Source: Chrysemys picta bellii (lineage: Eukaryota). Taken from it: DNA of 64,000 nucleotides. The notes beneath the pieces were generated by a model, which made no database searches, was not told where the DNA came from, and saw only the letters and a list, made by a program, of their open reading frames with translations. A program made the translations under genes and the position numbers. This document shows positions 14,244-29,675 of this stretch, piece after piece. The stretch's first letter is position 1. Each line of letters begins with the position of its first letter. The stretch lies in contig NC_088802.1 in assembly GCF_011386835.1 (NCBI RefSeq), positions 310,001 to 374,000 of the forward strand, written 5' to 3'.

Positions 14244-14729
14244 GTGCTGTTCTCAGAGCTGCCTCCTCGCTCACTGTGTGTGTGGGGGATCTTGCGACTA
14301 GGGAGCGACACCCAATGGGGAGAGATTAGGGGGTTCTCATCGCCTCAGTGGAAGGGCAATGGGGAGGAGTAAACTTGGGCCCAGGGCCCAGCTGGGCAAT
14401 CATCATTCTGGCCTGGGCCCCAAAGATTCTGTAGGGTGGAGGGGGTTGGTGTGGGGCTGGGTCTCAGGGGGCCCTTTCCCCCTGTGAACAGGGTAAGGGT
14501 GGTCAGTGCAGGCCCCCAGCGGTGTTGGGGCAGCAGTGCGGGGTTCCATTCTGCATCCTGCTCTACCCCCAATTGGGGGAGGGGTACAGGAGGCTTCTTT
14601 GTGGCCTGTGTGCAGTGCTTCAGACCCTGCACCTCGCCCCACCCATAGCTGTGCCCCTCCAGGGCTCCCTGCATAAACAGCCCCCATGCCCCACCTCGGG
14701 CAGCTGCAGGTGAGGTGGGTCCCTGCGTC

Positions 14730-15190
14730 CAAATTAGGGGAGTGGGAACATGCCATGGGGGACTGTCCTGGGACAAGGGGGCTCTGAAAAAGATGTGGGG
14801 GTCATGGTGGATAATCAGCTGCACATGGGTTGCCCGTGTGATGCTGGCCAGAAGCGCTCACGGGATGCCGAGATGCAGAAAGGGGAGTTGTGAACAGAGA
14901 GGTTATTTTCCCTCTGGAGGGGGGCCTGGCACAGCCGCGGCTGGAAGGGGGTGTCCAGTTCTGCCGCCTGCAATTCCAGAAGGCTGTTGATAAGCTGAAG
15001 AAGTCAGAGAAGAGCCGTGAGAACGAAGAGAGGAATGAAAAAGGCCGTCCAGTGCTAGGCTGCGGGAGGTCAACGGTGGGGTTTTAAATGAGGATTGGCT
15101 GCTTCTCTAAAACGAATTCTGTGCTAGGGGTTATGGTGGGGCCCCTCGCTGCCCTGGGGTCAGACTAGATAGGCACAAATATCCTTTTTG
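14730..15190 (+). mobile_element. Degenerate CR1 LINE fragment between RPS18 and WDR46 (duplicate about 30190-30660)
   Basis: TGAAAAAGATGTGGGGGTCATGGTGGATAATCAGCTG...TGTCCAGTTCTG aligns by eye to the CR1 RT C-terminus seen at 37320-37520. Confidence 0.7.
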
Positions 15191-15329
15191 GAATCTGAAA
15201 CCTGCCCCTCCCCAGAGGTGGCTGCATCTCTGTGACCCTGGTGAGTTCCCCCCTATCACGTGGGCTGTGCTGAATTCACTGGCCTCCCTGCTCATGGGTC
15301 TGTATGGGATAGTTTAGGCCTGTGCCCTC

Positions 15330-15559
15330 ATCCAACATGGCCGCCGCTTGACTTCGCCCTTTCGTCCAGCCCCGCGTCTCAGCGGCCGGATAGTTGCCCT
15401 CACCCATGATGTCACCTGTACGGCTTCACTACCGGGCAGGTTGTCGCCGCGTTGATTGGCCGCGGGCTTAGTCGCCTCGCTCCGTGATTGGATGCGGCGG
15501 CCGGGACCGGAAGAGCCTGGCCCGCAGCTGGAGGCTGCACGTGGTTCCAGGCGCTGAGG
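15330..15559 (+). promoter_or_regulatory. WDR46 promoter (duplicate about 30795-31023)
   Basis: CpG-rich, with a YY1-like AACATGGCCGCC (15334-15345), two reverse CCAAT boxes 32 bp apart (15455, 15487) and CCGGAAG just upstream of exon 1. Confidence 0.7.
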
Positions 15560-17985
15560 ATGGAGGCGGTGGCTGGGAGCGGGGCGCAGGGGGGGCCAGC
15601 CGGGGGGGGCAAGAAGGTGAGTGCCGGGGAAGTGAGCCCCTCCCCTCGGGAGTGGGGCAGTTCCCCCCCCGTGTCGGTGGGGCGGGGATTCCCCGTGGAG
15701 GGGGTGGAGGTTACCTCTTCCCCCCGTGTCTGTGGGGCGGGGATTCCCCCGGGGGGGGCTGTTCCCCCCCCGCCGTGTCGGTGGGGCGGGGATTCCCCGT
15801 GGAGGGGGTGGAGGTTACCTCTCCCCCGCGTGTCTGTGGGGCGGGGATTCCCCCGGGGGGGGCAGTTCCCCCCCGTGTCGGTGGGGCGGGGATTCCCCGT
15901 GGAGGGGGTGGTGGTTACCTCTCCCCCCCCCCGTGTCTGTGGGGCGGGGATTCCCCCGGGGGTGCGGTGGTTACCTCTCCCCCCCCCGTGTCTGTGGGGC
16001 GGGGATTCCCCCGGGGGGGACGGTGGTTACCCCGTGTCATGAGCAGGGAGGGGGCAGGTCACTAACTCGAGTCGGGTGCATCCAGGGGGCGAACACCCAA
16101 TTACAGGGGTTTGAGGGGGAGTTTATTGCCCCCATGTCTGTGGGGCGGCGGGGTCTCTACGACAACTCTAGTAACTTGAGGACACGGGGGAGGGGCTGGC
16201 TGTATCCGTGGGGTGTCCCGCGAGGAGTGATCTGGGGGGCAGGGCTGGCAGCCCTGGGGACACGTCTGGGGCACCTAGTCCTTTGCTGGGTTAGGGGTGC
16301 AAGTCTTTCCCTGGGGGGGGTTGGAGGGCAGTTCCCCCCCCCCCGACTATGTGTTGTGGCTGGTGGTTCTGCCCCTAGTTGTGGTGGGGGGCACTCCCCA
16401 TCAGACCAGTGGGAGTGGCTGGCTATTCTGCCCTGTGGGGCAGGTATCTCCCCACAAGTTGGGGGGCAGTTTTTAGTCTCTGTCCTCTGTGCCCCCCCCT
16501 CCCAGCTGGAGGAACTGATTCCCCCCATGTCTCACCCCCTCACCAATCTCCCCACCTCCCGAGCTGGGGGTAACTGATTCTCCCCCACGATTCATCCCCC
16601 CTTTCTCTGCCCCGCACCCCCCGAAGAAGAAGACGACGACAAAGAAGCTGCAGCGCTACTGGGAAGGGGCCCCCCAGCCGGACCCCCCCGCAGCTGCCCC
16701 CTCCAAGGCCAAGAGGCGTCGTCGCAATGAGAAGACCAGGCCAAGGGCTGGGGCAAAGGGGAGCCTGGAGGCCAGGAAGAGGCCGCGGGCGTCAGAGGCC
16801 GCAGGCCGGATCTCTGGGGTAAGGCTGGGAATGCTGGGGGGCTGGCCATGGGGGGAGGAGGGGCAGCTGAGGTTGGGGGGACGAGGGCCGGGGGATTGCA
16901 CGACAAAAGGGAGTACCGTTGGGGCTCTGGGGGGGATGGGGGCCCGTAGCAGGCCCCCCCACCCTCTGTCTGTCTGTCTGTGTCTCTCTCTCTCTTCCTA
17001 GAAGAGGGACCCGTTCCCCGGACCCGCCCCCCTCTCTCGCCACAAGGTGAAGAAATTCCAACGGGGCCAGAAATCGCAGCTGGTGAGTTGAGGGGCGTGG
17101 TGGAAATCGGGGGGGCAGCTGGGTCTCTGGGGGTTGCCGGGCAGTTACTGACCCCCAGTGGTGGGGGGCGGGAGGGACGGGGCCACGTGCGGCTCTCACC
17201 CCGTCTGTCTGTCCGTCCGTCCACCCCCCCAGGCAGGGGCGTCCAGCCGGCGGCTCCGGGACCATCTGGCCTCGCTGGATCAGAAGGTGGAGCTGGCAGC
17301 GCAGCAGGCCGCGCGCATGGAGCTGCTGCTGCCCGAGGAGCCAGGGTGAGTGCCCCCCCCCCCCCCCCCGGAGCTGGGGCAGCTGCCCCAGTGCCCCCAT
17401 CATCTGCTACCTTCAGGTCCCCGCGCGGTGCTGCCACTTGAGCCGGGGCTACCCGCTGGTTCTCCCCCACCCCCGTGGGATGGGTGATACACACACCCCC
17501 TTAACTCCATACACATGCCCCCGATCCCGGCCGGCTCCCCTCCCCCACCAGTGCTGTCCATTCCCAGCTCTCACCCCCCCCCCCCCCCGCAGGTTCCTGG
17601 AGGGGGACCCCGGCGAGGACACCTGCACCATCGCCCAGGCCGACATCGCTGAGGCTGCCGACATCGCCAGCGCCACCAAGGTCAGAGACGCCCCCACACA
17701 CCGGGGGGGGGGGGGGGAGGGTGTCGTGAGGTGGGGGGAATGGCAGGGGGAGGGGTCGCCCCTAGGATGTGGGGGGGTCACTGGGCAGTATTGGGGGGGA
17801 TCACGGGAGCATCTCAGTGGTGCAGGGGGGTCACCGGGGGGATCCCGGGGCAGCGTCTCTGGGGGGCTCACCCGGGGTTGGTGGTCCCTGTGCTGTGTCT
17901 AACCAGGTCTCTACCCCCCATAGCACTTTGAGCTGACACTGAACCAGTTTGGCCCCTACCGGATGGATTATACCCGACCTGGCCG
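15560..17985 (+). CDS. WDR46: WDR46 copy 1, exons 1-6 only, cut off by the N gap
   Basis: Exons 15560-15616, about 16627-16818, 17002-17082, 17233-17345, 17593-17680, 17924-17985. Essentially identical to the first six exons of the complete copy at 31024 onward; the sequence stops in intron 6 at 18037. Confidence 0.88.
15655..16030 (+). repeat. WDR46 intron 1 minisatellite; each unit carries GTGGGGCGGGGATTCCCC (duplicate about 31120-31495)
   Basis: GGGGATTCCCC at 15684, 15739, 15788, 15843, 15888, 15946 and 16001. Confidence 0.93.
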
Positions 17986-18037
17986 GTGAGTGGGGGGATG
18001 GGCAGGGAGGAGCATGTGGGGGGAGAGTAGGAGGGAG

Positions 18038-18047
18038 NNNNNNNNNN
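18038..18047. other. Assembly gap (10 N) at the junction of the two tandem copies
   Basis: Ten Ns. The left flank equals WDR46 intron 6 (same as 33501) and the right flank equals VPS52 intron 15 (same as 2064). Confidence 0.99.
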
Positions 18048-18152
18048 TTCCCCTGGTACCCATAGCCCTCTGGCAGCATAGGGCCCACCCTGGTATCCAC
18101 TGCACCCCCCATTGTGCTGTGTCCCCCCCCAGCAGGGCAGGGCCCCCCGTAC

Positions 18153-21100
18153 CTGCAGCTGCCCCAGCAGCGTGTGGGTTCGCTCGTTGGGGAAGGTCTG
18201 GTTGATGCTGACAATGGCAGAGGAGAACTCCGCATAGCGCCGCGTGATCTGGGAGGATACAGGGGGTGTGTGTGAGGGCACAGCAGGGTTCCCAGGGACC
18301 CCCAGACACTGCTCCCCTGGAGTTCCCTGACCTCCACCCGACACCTCAACCCCCCCAAACTACTCACCCTGCCCTAGGCCAGCCCCCCCACTCCTCCGAC
18401 AGCCCTAGCCCCCCTCGCCCCATATGAGCGCCCACTAACTCCCCACACCCTGCAAAGCCCCCCCCCCAACACTACCCCCCCTTCCCAGGGTGAGCCCCAC
18501 CCCCATCCCCCCCTCCCCCCAGCGCCCCTCCCCCCTACGTAGTGGGGGCGCGTGTCCAGGAAGCCCAGTTTCTGGGGGGTCCGTGTTCTGGATGCTCTGG
18601 ATGTTCAGCTCCAGGATGTACTCGAACCGTGGCCACAGGATCTCCAGCAGCGTGTCCCAGTACCTGGGGGGAGCCGGAGGCCTGGGTTCTCTCCTGGCTC
18701 TGGGCGGGCAGTGGGGGCCCAGTGGTCAGAGCAGGGGGCTGGGAGCTGGGACTCCTGGGTTCTAGCCCCAGCTCTGGGAGGGGAGTGGGGTCTAGTGGGA
18801 TGGGGGGGGGGGCTCTCCCAGCCCCAGATGGGCTGTGGGGCCCAGCAGCAGAGCGGGGGGCTGGAAGCCAGGACTCCGGGTCTCTCCCAGCGCCGGGCGG
18901 GGCTGTGGGGCCCAGCAGTCAGACCAGGGGGCTGGGAGCTGGGACTCCGGGGGGCTCTCCCAGCCCCAGACGGGCTGTGGGGACCAGCGGCAGAGCGGGG
19001 GGTCCCACACTCACTTGTCGATGGCGGGGACGTTGCGCTTGGCCGTGATGGCTCGGAAGCGCAGGACGATGTGGATGCAGAGGAAGACAGCGATGCTGTC
19101 GTAGCAGTCGCACACGTACGCGTCCATGTGTTTCTGGGGGGCACACACACGGGGTTAAAGGGGCAGAGAGCCTCCAGCAGCCGCCCCCTCCCCGCAGCAA
19201 CACCCCAGCATCTCCGCCCCCCGGGCTTGACCTCCACCGAGCCCCCCCCTCCCCCAGGCTCACCAGGAACATGGCCAGCGTCTTGCCCATCTCCGCCCCC
19301 CCTGGCCTGCCCCCCGCCGAGCCCTCCCCGCAGCAACACCCCAGCATCTCCGCCCCCCGGGCCTGGCCCCCACCGAGCCCCCCCCTCCCCCAGGCTCACC
19401 AGGAACATGGCCAGCGTCTTGCCCATCTCCGCCCCCCCCGGCCTCCCTCCCGCTGAGCCCCCCCTCCCCCAGGCTCACCAGGAACATGGCCAGCGTCTTG
19501 CCCATCTCCGCCCCCCCGGCCTGCCTCCCGCTGAGCCCCCCCTCCCCTACGCTCACCAGGAACATGGCCAGCGTCTTGCCCATCTCCGCCCCCCCGGCCC
19601 GCCCCCCGCCGAGCCCCCCCTCCCCTAGGCTCACCAGGAACATGGCCAGCGCCTTGCCCATCTCCACCCCACCGGCCTGCCCCCCGCCGAGCCCCCCCTC
19701 CCCCAGGCTCACCAGGAACATGGCCAGCGTCTTGCCCATGACCGCGTTGAAGAGCTCCTGGGCGCTGGGCCCCGTCACCAGGAAGAAGTCACAGAGGAAG
19801 AGATACTCGCGACAGCTGTTGTCCAGCAGGGCGTAGTGCTGGCTGCGGAACAGCGACTCGAAGGGGTACTGCCGGGGGGGGGGGGAGCGGCGTGTTAGCC
19901 GGGGGGGGATGGACACAGCCCCCCCCCCCCCCCCCCGGCTGCAGGACAGCGACTCGAAGGGGTACTGCTGGGGGGGGGGAGGGGAGGGACACACACCCAG
20001 CCCCGCCCCCAACCTGCTTCCCCAGTGACCCCCCTAATCCACTGGCCCTAAGAGGTCACAGCCTTCCGCCCCTCCCCCCCAGCCAGGTCAAGCCTCCTGT
20101 CCCTGTCATCTCCTTCCCCCCCCCCCGAATCCCCACTTGCTCACGCGGACGTCGCTCTTCTGGGCAGCGTGGGGCACAATGATGGGCCCCTCCAGCTCGG
20201 CCCCCACGATCACACTGCCCCGGTTCCCCAGCGTGAAGATCGTGTTGCGGTTCTTCAGGGACGGCTTTGAGAAAAACCGTGGGGGGCGGGGGTCAAGGGA
20301 AAGAGCAGGGAGATGCTGCCCCCCCCAGCCCCACCCCCCGTCACCTTCCCAGCCAGCCCCCCCACCCTCAGCCCCACACCCTTTCCCTGCCCCGCAGGGT
20401 GCCTGGGAATGCGACTGTCCAGGGACAGGGGAGCCAGGATATCTTTCTTGGCCGTGTCCTCCACTCCCATCAGGTCATCCTTCTCTGCCACCTCCTCGTA
20501 CTGCAGGACAGACAGACAGATGGGGGGGGTCAGTGTGGGGTCCCCAGCCCCTCCCCTCAACACTGACGGACAGACGGGGGTCAGTGTGGGGTTCCCAGCC
20601 CCTCCTCCCAGTACTGCAGGACAGACGGGGGGGGCATAGCGTGGGGTTCCCCATCCCGATCCCGTCATTCACATGGGGGGGAACCAGAGCACTCTGTGTG
20701 GGAATCCCCACCCCCACACGCCTGCCCCATGAGGCTCCCTACACCACCACCCTGAGGGCTGCCCCGCTCTCCCCGGCTCCCCTCACCTGGATCTTCATGA
20801 GGCGGCTGGTGTAGGATTTGAAGTAGGACAGGTAGATCTTGCTCATGGTCTCCACGTACTGCTCCCGCAGCTCCTGTGCCACCGTCCGCTCGTTCCCGAG
20901 CAGGAACTGGTAGAAGAACCTGCCAAGGCGCGTCAGTCTGGGGAACTGCCCGCTACTGGAGCGGGGCGTTCTGGGAGAGCCCCATAGCCCCTGCTGCCCA
21001 CTGGCTAACTTGTAGTGGAGCAGGGCATTCTGGGAGATTCTCGTTGATTGACCCCCCCACCCCATGGCTGACCTGTACTGGAGCAGTGCATTCTGGGGAA

Positions 21101-24100
21101 TCCCCATTAACCTCCCCCCCATGGCTGACCTGTGCTGGAGCAGGGCATTCTGGGAGATTCTCGTTGATTGACCCCACCCCATGGCTGACCTGTACTGGAG
21201 CAGGGCATTCTGGGAGATTCTCGTTTACCCCCCACCCCATGGCTGACCTGTACTTGAGCAGGGCATTCTGGGGGATCTGGTAGTTGGTCATGGGTTTGCG
21301 GAACGAGTAGATTTTCTGTAGGACGAACTCCCGGATCTTGGTCACAGCCTGCAGAGGGTCGAGGGGGAGTGGATCACGGAGCACAGGGCAGGCTGAGCCC
21401 ACGCGGACACCCTCCCCTTCCCCCCAGCGCCTCCCCACCCCCTACAGCTCCACACCCCCCACACCTCCATCCCGCAACACCCCTGTGACCAGCAGGGCCA
21501 CCCCATGTGCACAGAGATTCCCCAGGGGGGCTGACGCAGCCTGACCAGTGACCCCTGACCGCTGGGGCCTGGGGGAGACGGAGCCCAGCTGGCCTGGCTC
21601 TGGGGGAGGGGCCGAGCCTGGACTCCCTGGGCGGGGCTCACCTTGACCTTCAGGCGGTCCAGCACGTGGTGCACATCGGTGCAGGCCATGGTCTCGCGGA
21701 AGGCCTGCTCCTTCACGTAGTTCATCTTGTTGTTCAGCTCATGCAGCTGCTCCAGGAAGTCCTGCTCGGTCACCGGGGCCTCCAGGATGGTGCTGGGGGG
21801 GCAGGGACAAAGGCATCCCAGGGTCACACCTCACAGCCTGCGCATCCAGCCCAGAGGTGGTGGCCAGCACCCCAAACTCCCCTACCCACCAGCACCTTCC
21901 TCCACCTCTCTGCAGCCTGTCCCCACATGGTGCCCTCCTCACACCTCCCATCCCCCTGCCTGGCAGCAGGCCCTCAGCTCAGCCCAGCCCCCCACCTGAT
22001 CATGGTGGCCAGCCCCCAGCCTGTCCCCCCATAGTGCCCTCCTCACATCTCCCATCCCCCTGCCTGGCAGCAGGCCCTCAGCTCAGCCCAGCCCCCTACC
22101 TGATCATGGCGGCCGGCCCCCAGCCCAGCCCCCCACCTTACCATTGCAGTCGGCCCCCAACCTGATCATGGCAGCCAACCCCCAGCCCAGCCCCCTACCT
22201 GACCATGGCAGCCAGCCCCCAGCCCAGCCCCCTACCTGACCATGGCAGCCAGCCCTCAGCCCAGCCCCCTACCTGACCATGGCAGCCAGCCCTCAGCCCA
22301 GCCCCCCACCTGACCATGGCAGCCAGCCCCCGGCCCAGCCCCCCACCTGACCATGGCGGGCGGCCCCCAGCCTAGCCCCCCACCTGATCATGGCGGCCGG
22401 CCCCCAGCCTAGCCCCCCACCTGATCATGGCGGCCAGCCCCCAGCCCAGCCCCCCACCTGATCATGGCGGCCAGCCCCCAGCCCAGCCCCCCACCTGATC
22501 ATGGCGGCCAGCCCCGAACCTGTCCCCCCATGGTGCCTTCCCCACACCTCCCATCCCCCTGCCTGGCAGCCAGCCCAGCCCCCCACCTGACCATGGCAGC
22601 CAGCCCCCAGCCCAGCCCCCCACCTGACCATGGCAGCCAGCCCCCGGCCCAGCCCCCCACCTGACCATGGCGGCCAGCCCCCGGCCCAGCCCCCCACCTG
22701 ACCATGGCGGCCAGCCCCCGGCCCAGCCCCCCACCTGACCATGGCGGCCAGCCCCCGGCCCAGCCCCACACCTGATCATGGCGGCCGGCCCCCGGCCCAG
22801 CCCCACACCTGATCATGGCGGCCGGCACCACAAGCTCGTCCACCAGCTGGCTGAGCTGGCTACGCACGGCCTGGCGGTTCTTGAGCCGCAGGTTCATGGC
22901 CACCGACTGCTCCTGTAGCGTCTGGATCTCGCAGCTGATGCTGCTTAGGTCACACTGGAAGGAGCTCAGCATCTGCTCCATGCGCTGCGGGGGAGGAGGG
23001 AGACAGGGGGGGATGACACCAGTCAGAGACATGGACTGCAGACAGTGCTCTGGGGAGAGTTTGGGGGCATCAGGAGGTTGTGGGGGGCCCCATGGGGTTC
23101 CAGGTCTCACCTCCAGGATGGTAACCCAGGCAGTGACCTAAGGGTGGGGGGCTGGAGGGGTGGGGGCCCCACGGGGTTCAGAGGCTCACCTCCAGGATGG
23201 CGTCACAGGCGGTGATCTGGTTGTGCAGGGAGGTGATGTTCTTGCTCTCCTTGATGTCTGCAGGGCAGGCAGGCTGCTAAGGAAATGGGCATGGGGGGCC
23301 CAGCCAGCCAGGCAATGGGGGGAATGCTTGGGAGAGGCCCTGGGAGGGGCCACTTTCCTCTTTCTCCTGGGGAGGGGTTTGGCCCTTGACACCCCCTCTG
23401 CCAGTGTGGAGGGAGACACCCCAGGGTATGAAGCAGTACAGCCAGGGTGCAAGGACCTCCCCGCGTCTGCCCCCTCCCCCCGTCTGCCCCCTCCCCCCAC
23501 CCACACTGTGTGGGCTTTCGGGGGACTCCGCGGGGCAGGATACAGTCCCGGATGGAGGCGTGCTCAATGTGCTGCAGCTCCAGTTCCACCTGCTTGGAGT
23601 ACTGCCGCAGATCCACACCCTGGAGAGAGAGGGGAGAGTCACCTGGGCAGGGGGGGCTCCGCTGGGCCCTGCCCCAGGAGAGGGAGGAGGGGGACAACTT
23701 ACTGTCTTCAGCGCCTCCTGAACCAGGGAGTCCTCCAGGTTGGCTTGGATGTGAACTGGGGGAGGGGAGACCGGGTCAGTTCCCATAACAGTGGTCCCCC
23801 AAACCCACCTCCCCACAGTACCCCCACCCCACAGTGCTCCCCCACCTGCCTACATCCACCCAAACTACTCCTGGCCTCCTCCACCTCACGGCCTTCCCCC
23901 CACTTTCCCAGATCACTGTCTGCCCCCCACTGGTTGCTGTGCAGGGGTAAGCCCCCCCCCCCCCCCACACACACACACATACACTTACTGTCCACTTCAT
24001 CCAGGATGAACTCATCTGAGGTGAGGTCCAGGTCCCCCAAGTTCAGCTGCAGCGACTGCTCCTCTCCACGGCCCTAGGGAGTGCAGGTCAGGCTGTTACG

Positions 24101-25843
24101 GGGGGCTGCGGGAGAGCAGTGAGCTCCAGCAGGCTCTGGGGAAGGGGTCTTGGAGGTACACCCAGTGACCAGGCTAGGCAGGCTAGAGGCTGGGGGGTAT
24201 AAGTGCTATAGAGGTTCAGGGACTAGAACTCAAGGTTACGGGGGGTGGGCTAGGAACAGAGGGACAAGTGGGGGTCAAGGAGGGAGCACAGAACGTAGGG
24301 AGCACAGAACGTAGGGCTCACTGCAGAGATCAAAGACTATGGGGACATGGAATAGGAGTTGGAAGCGATGGGGTGTGGGGCACAAAAAGGGGCCAGTGGG
24401 GTTCTGTCACCCATGAAACAGGAGGCCCCAGGATCATGGGGGGCAGTGTGGGGTCAAAGATGGCAGTTGAGGATGGATTCAGGGGATATGTACCAAGGGT
24501 GGATGGATGGGGATAGGAGATCTGAGGTTGGGGGGGCGGGGTCAGGGCACCGCAGGGGGTGAAAGATCTTGGCTAACACATGGAGACAGAGGATAAATAG
24601 CACTCGTGAGGGGCAGTGCCTAAGTTCCCTGTAAGCTGTGCAGCCACACAGCAGCCTATTTAGCGCCGCGCAGGTGCTCAGGGAACCCACCTGGGGACCT
24701 ACTGCGGCTGGGGCGGCCCTCCCCCGGCCCCAACTCTGCCGCAGCCCGGACCTGCTGCGGCACCCCTCCCCCAGCCCGAACCCAGCCGCGGCTCAGACCT
24801 GCTGGGGCCGGGGCACTTATCTTGCGGCCCCAACCCCAGAGCTGCCATGGTGGGGAGAGGTGCCTCTCCCCCATCAGCCCAGGTGCTGCTGTGTGGAGAG
24901 AGCTGGGGGGAGTCCTCTCTCCCCACCATAGCCCTGGGGCAGCCTGCACCCCAAAACCCTCATCCACGGCCCCACACCACAGCCCCAGCCAGAGTCCTCA
25001 CCCCCCCACACTCCAAACCCCTCGGCCCCACCCCCACCACATGAATTTTGTTATGTGCGCCAATATGAAGGTGATGTGTCACACGTCACCTCCATATTGG
25101 GGCACATAACAAAATTCATTCCGCACATGGGTGGGAAAATGAGAGGGACACTGATCAGCGCGCAGCGAGGGTCGCTAACGTCACACGGTGTTTAAGAAGT
25201 TCAGGACGTTGCATGACGGAGGCCCGGCCACCAGGTGCTGCAGCCCCACGCGCCAGGCCAGCAACCCCATGCGCCAGCTGAGACACAGGACGGACGCCAC
25301 CGGGTCCGGATGGGAGGGGCAACGTGGGGCCCTTGCCCTGAGTCGGGGGGGGGGGGGGGTGCAGAGAGAGGGAACAGAGCGGGGGAGGGGCAGAGGTCGG
25401 GGCATGGGGGGAGAAGATTCAGGGTGGGGTCAGAGATTACAAGGATCAGGGGTCACATGAACAGGCATGGGGGGTGACAGAGTGGGATTGGGTCATGTTG
25501 GGGTCAGGGTGAGGCAAGCAAGGGCCTGGGGTCACTGGGGTCAGGGTCAAAGGTCGCAGAACCTTCAGGCTCCCACATTTCACACAACAGTTAACGGGGT
25601 CACATGCAAACCCTTCCCAGACCCAGAACCGCCCCTCAGCACGCGGGGGGGGGGGTAGATGACAAGTGGGGGCCAATTTGGGCAGCAGGGGGCGATTCCC
25701 CATTACGGGCCTATTTTGAACGGGACCGGAAGTGGGGTGCCTGGGGACCGGAAGTAGGGCTGGGGGAACCTCACCATGCCCTCCTCTTCTTCCATCTCAG
25801 TCGCCCGCAGTCCTAGCTCCTCTTCGGGCCTAAACGCCGCCAT
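18153..25843 (-). CDS. VPS52: VPS52 copy 2, exons 1-15, truncated at the gap; +1 base in exon 14
   Basis: Exons 25843-25775, 24073-23989, 23755-23703, 23619-23544, 23257-23190, 22984-22809, 21792-21642, 21348-21248, 20919-20787, 20500-20443, 20278-20145, 19868-19713, 19133-19015, 18663-18539 (125 nt versus 124 in copy 1; G6 at 18574-18579 versus G5), 18248-18153. Confidence 0.9.
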
Positions 25844-26339
25844 TATCCCCGCTCCGCTCCTTCTTTCGCTCCCGCCGCATCCGGGCTTCCAAGGCTCACT
25901 TCCGGCCGTGCGCCTTTAAAAAACTACAACTCCCATGATGCACCGGGTGGGCGGGGGTCTACCGGAAATGGGGTAACAAAGCCCCCTTTAGGGAACGTGA
26001 GGGGGTGACTGGCATGAAAATGCCCCCCGGAGTCGAAGGGGGTCAGTCCCTATCCAATAGGGGGGATTTATTCCCATAGGAACCTTCTGTCATGGGGCAG
26101 GTTTCATACCCGGACCGCACATATTGTTGCCCACCCCGGTAGCGGTGTCCCTAGTGGAACTCTGCGGGAGGATGACCGGAAAGACTCCGGGGAGAAGCGG
26201 AAGTCTGTCTGCTCTGCCGGAAGGTGAACTGCCCTGACCGGAAGTTTATCTGCCTGTAGGGGGAGTGTCTATAAGAGGCAGCGCGTCACTTCCTCTCTCT
26301 CTTCCGGACGGGGTGAGACTAGAGCGCGGAGTAGCCGCC

Positions 26340-29675
<3,336 letters not shown>

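Noticed and set aside
17831-18367. ORFs suggesting a VPS52-WDR46 fusion
   Set aside because: They read through the N gap and are artefacts of the join.
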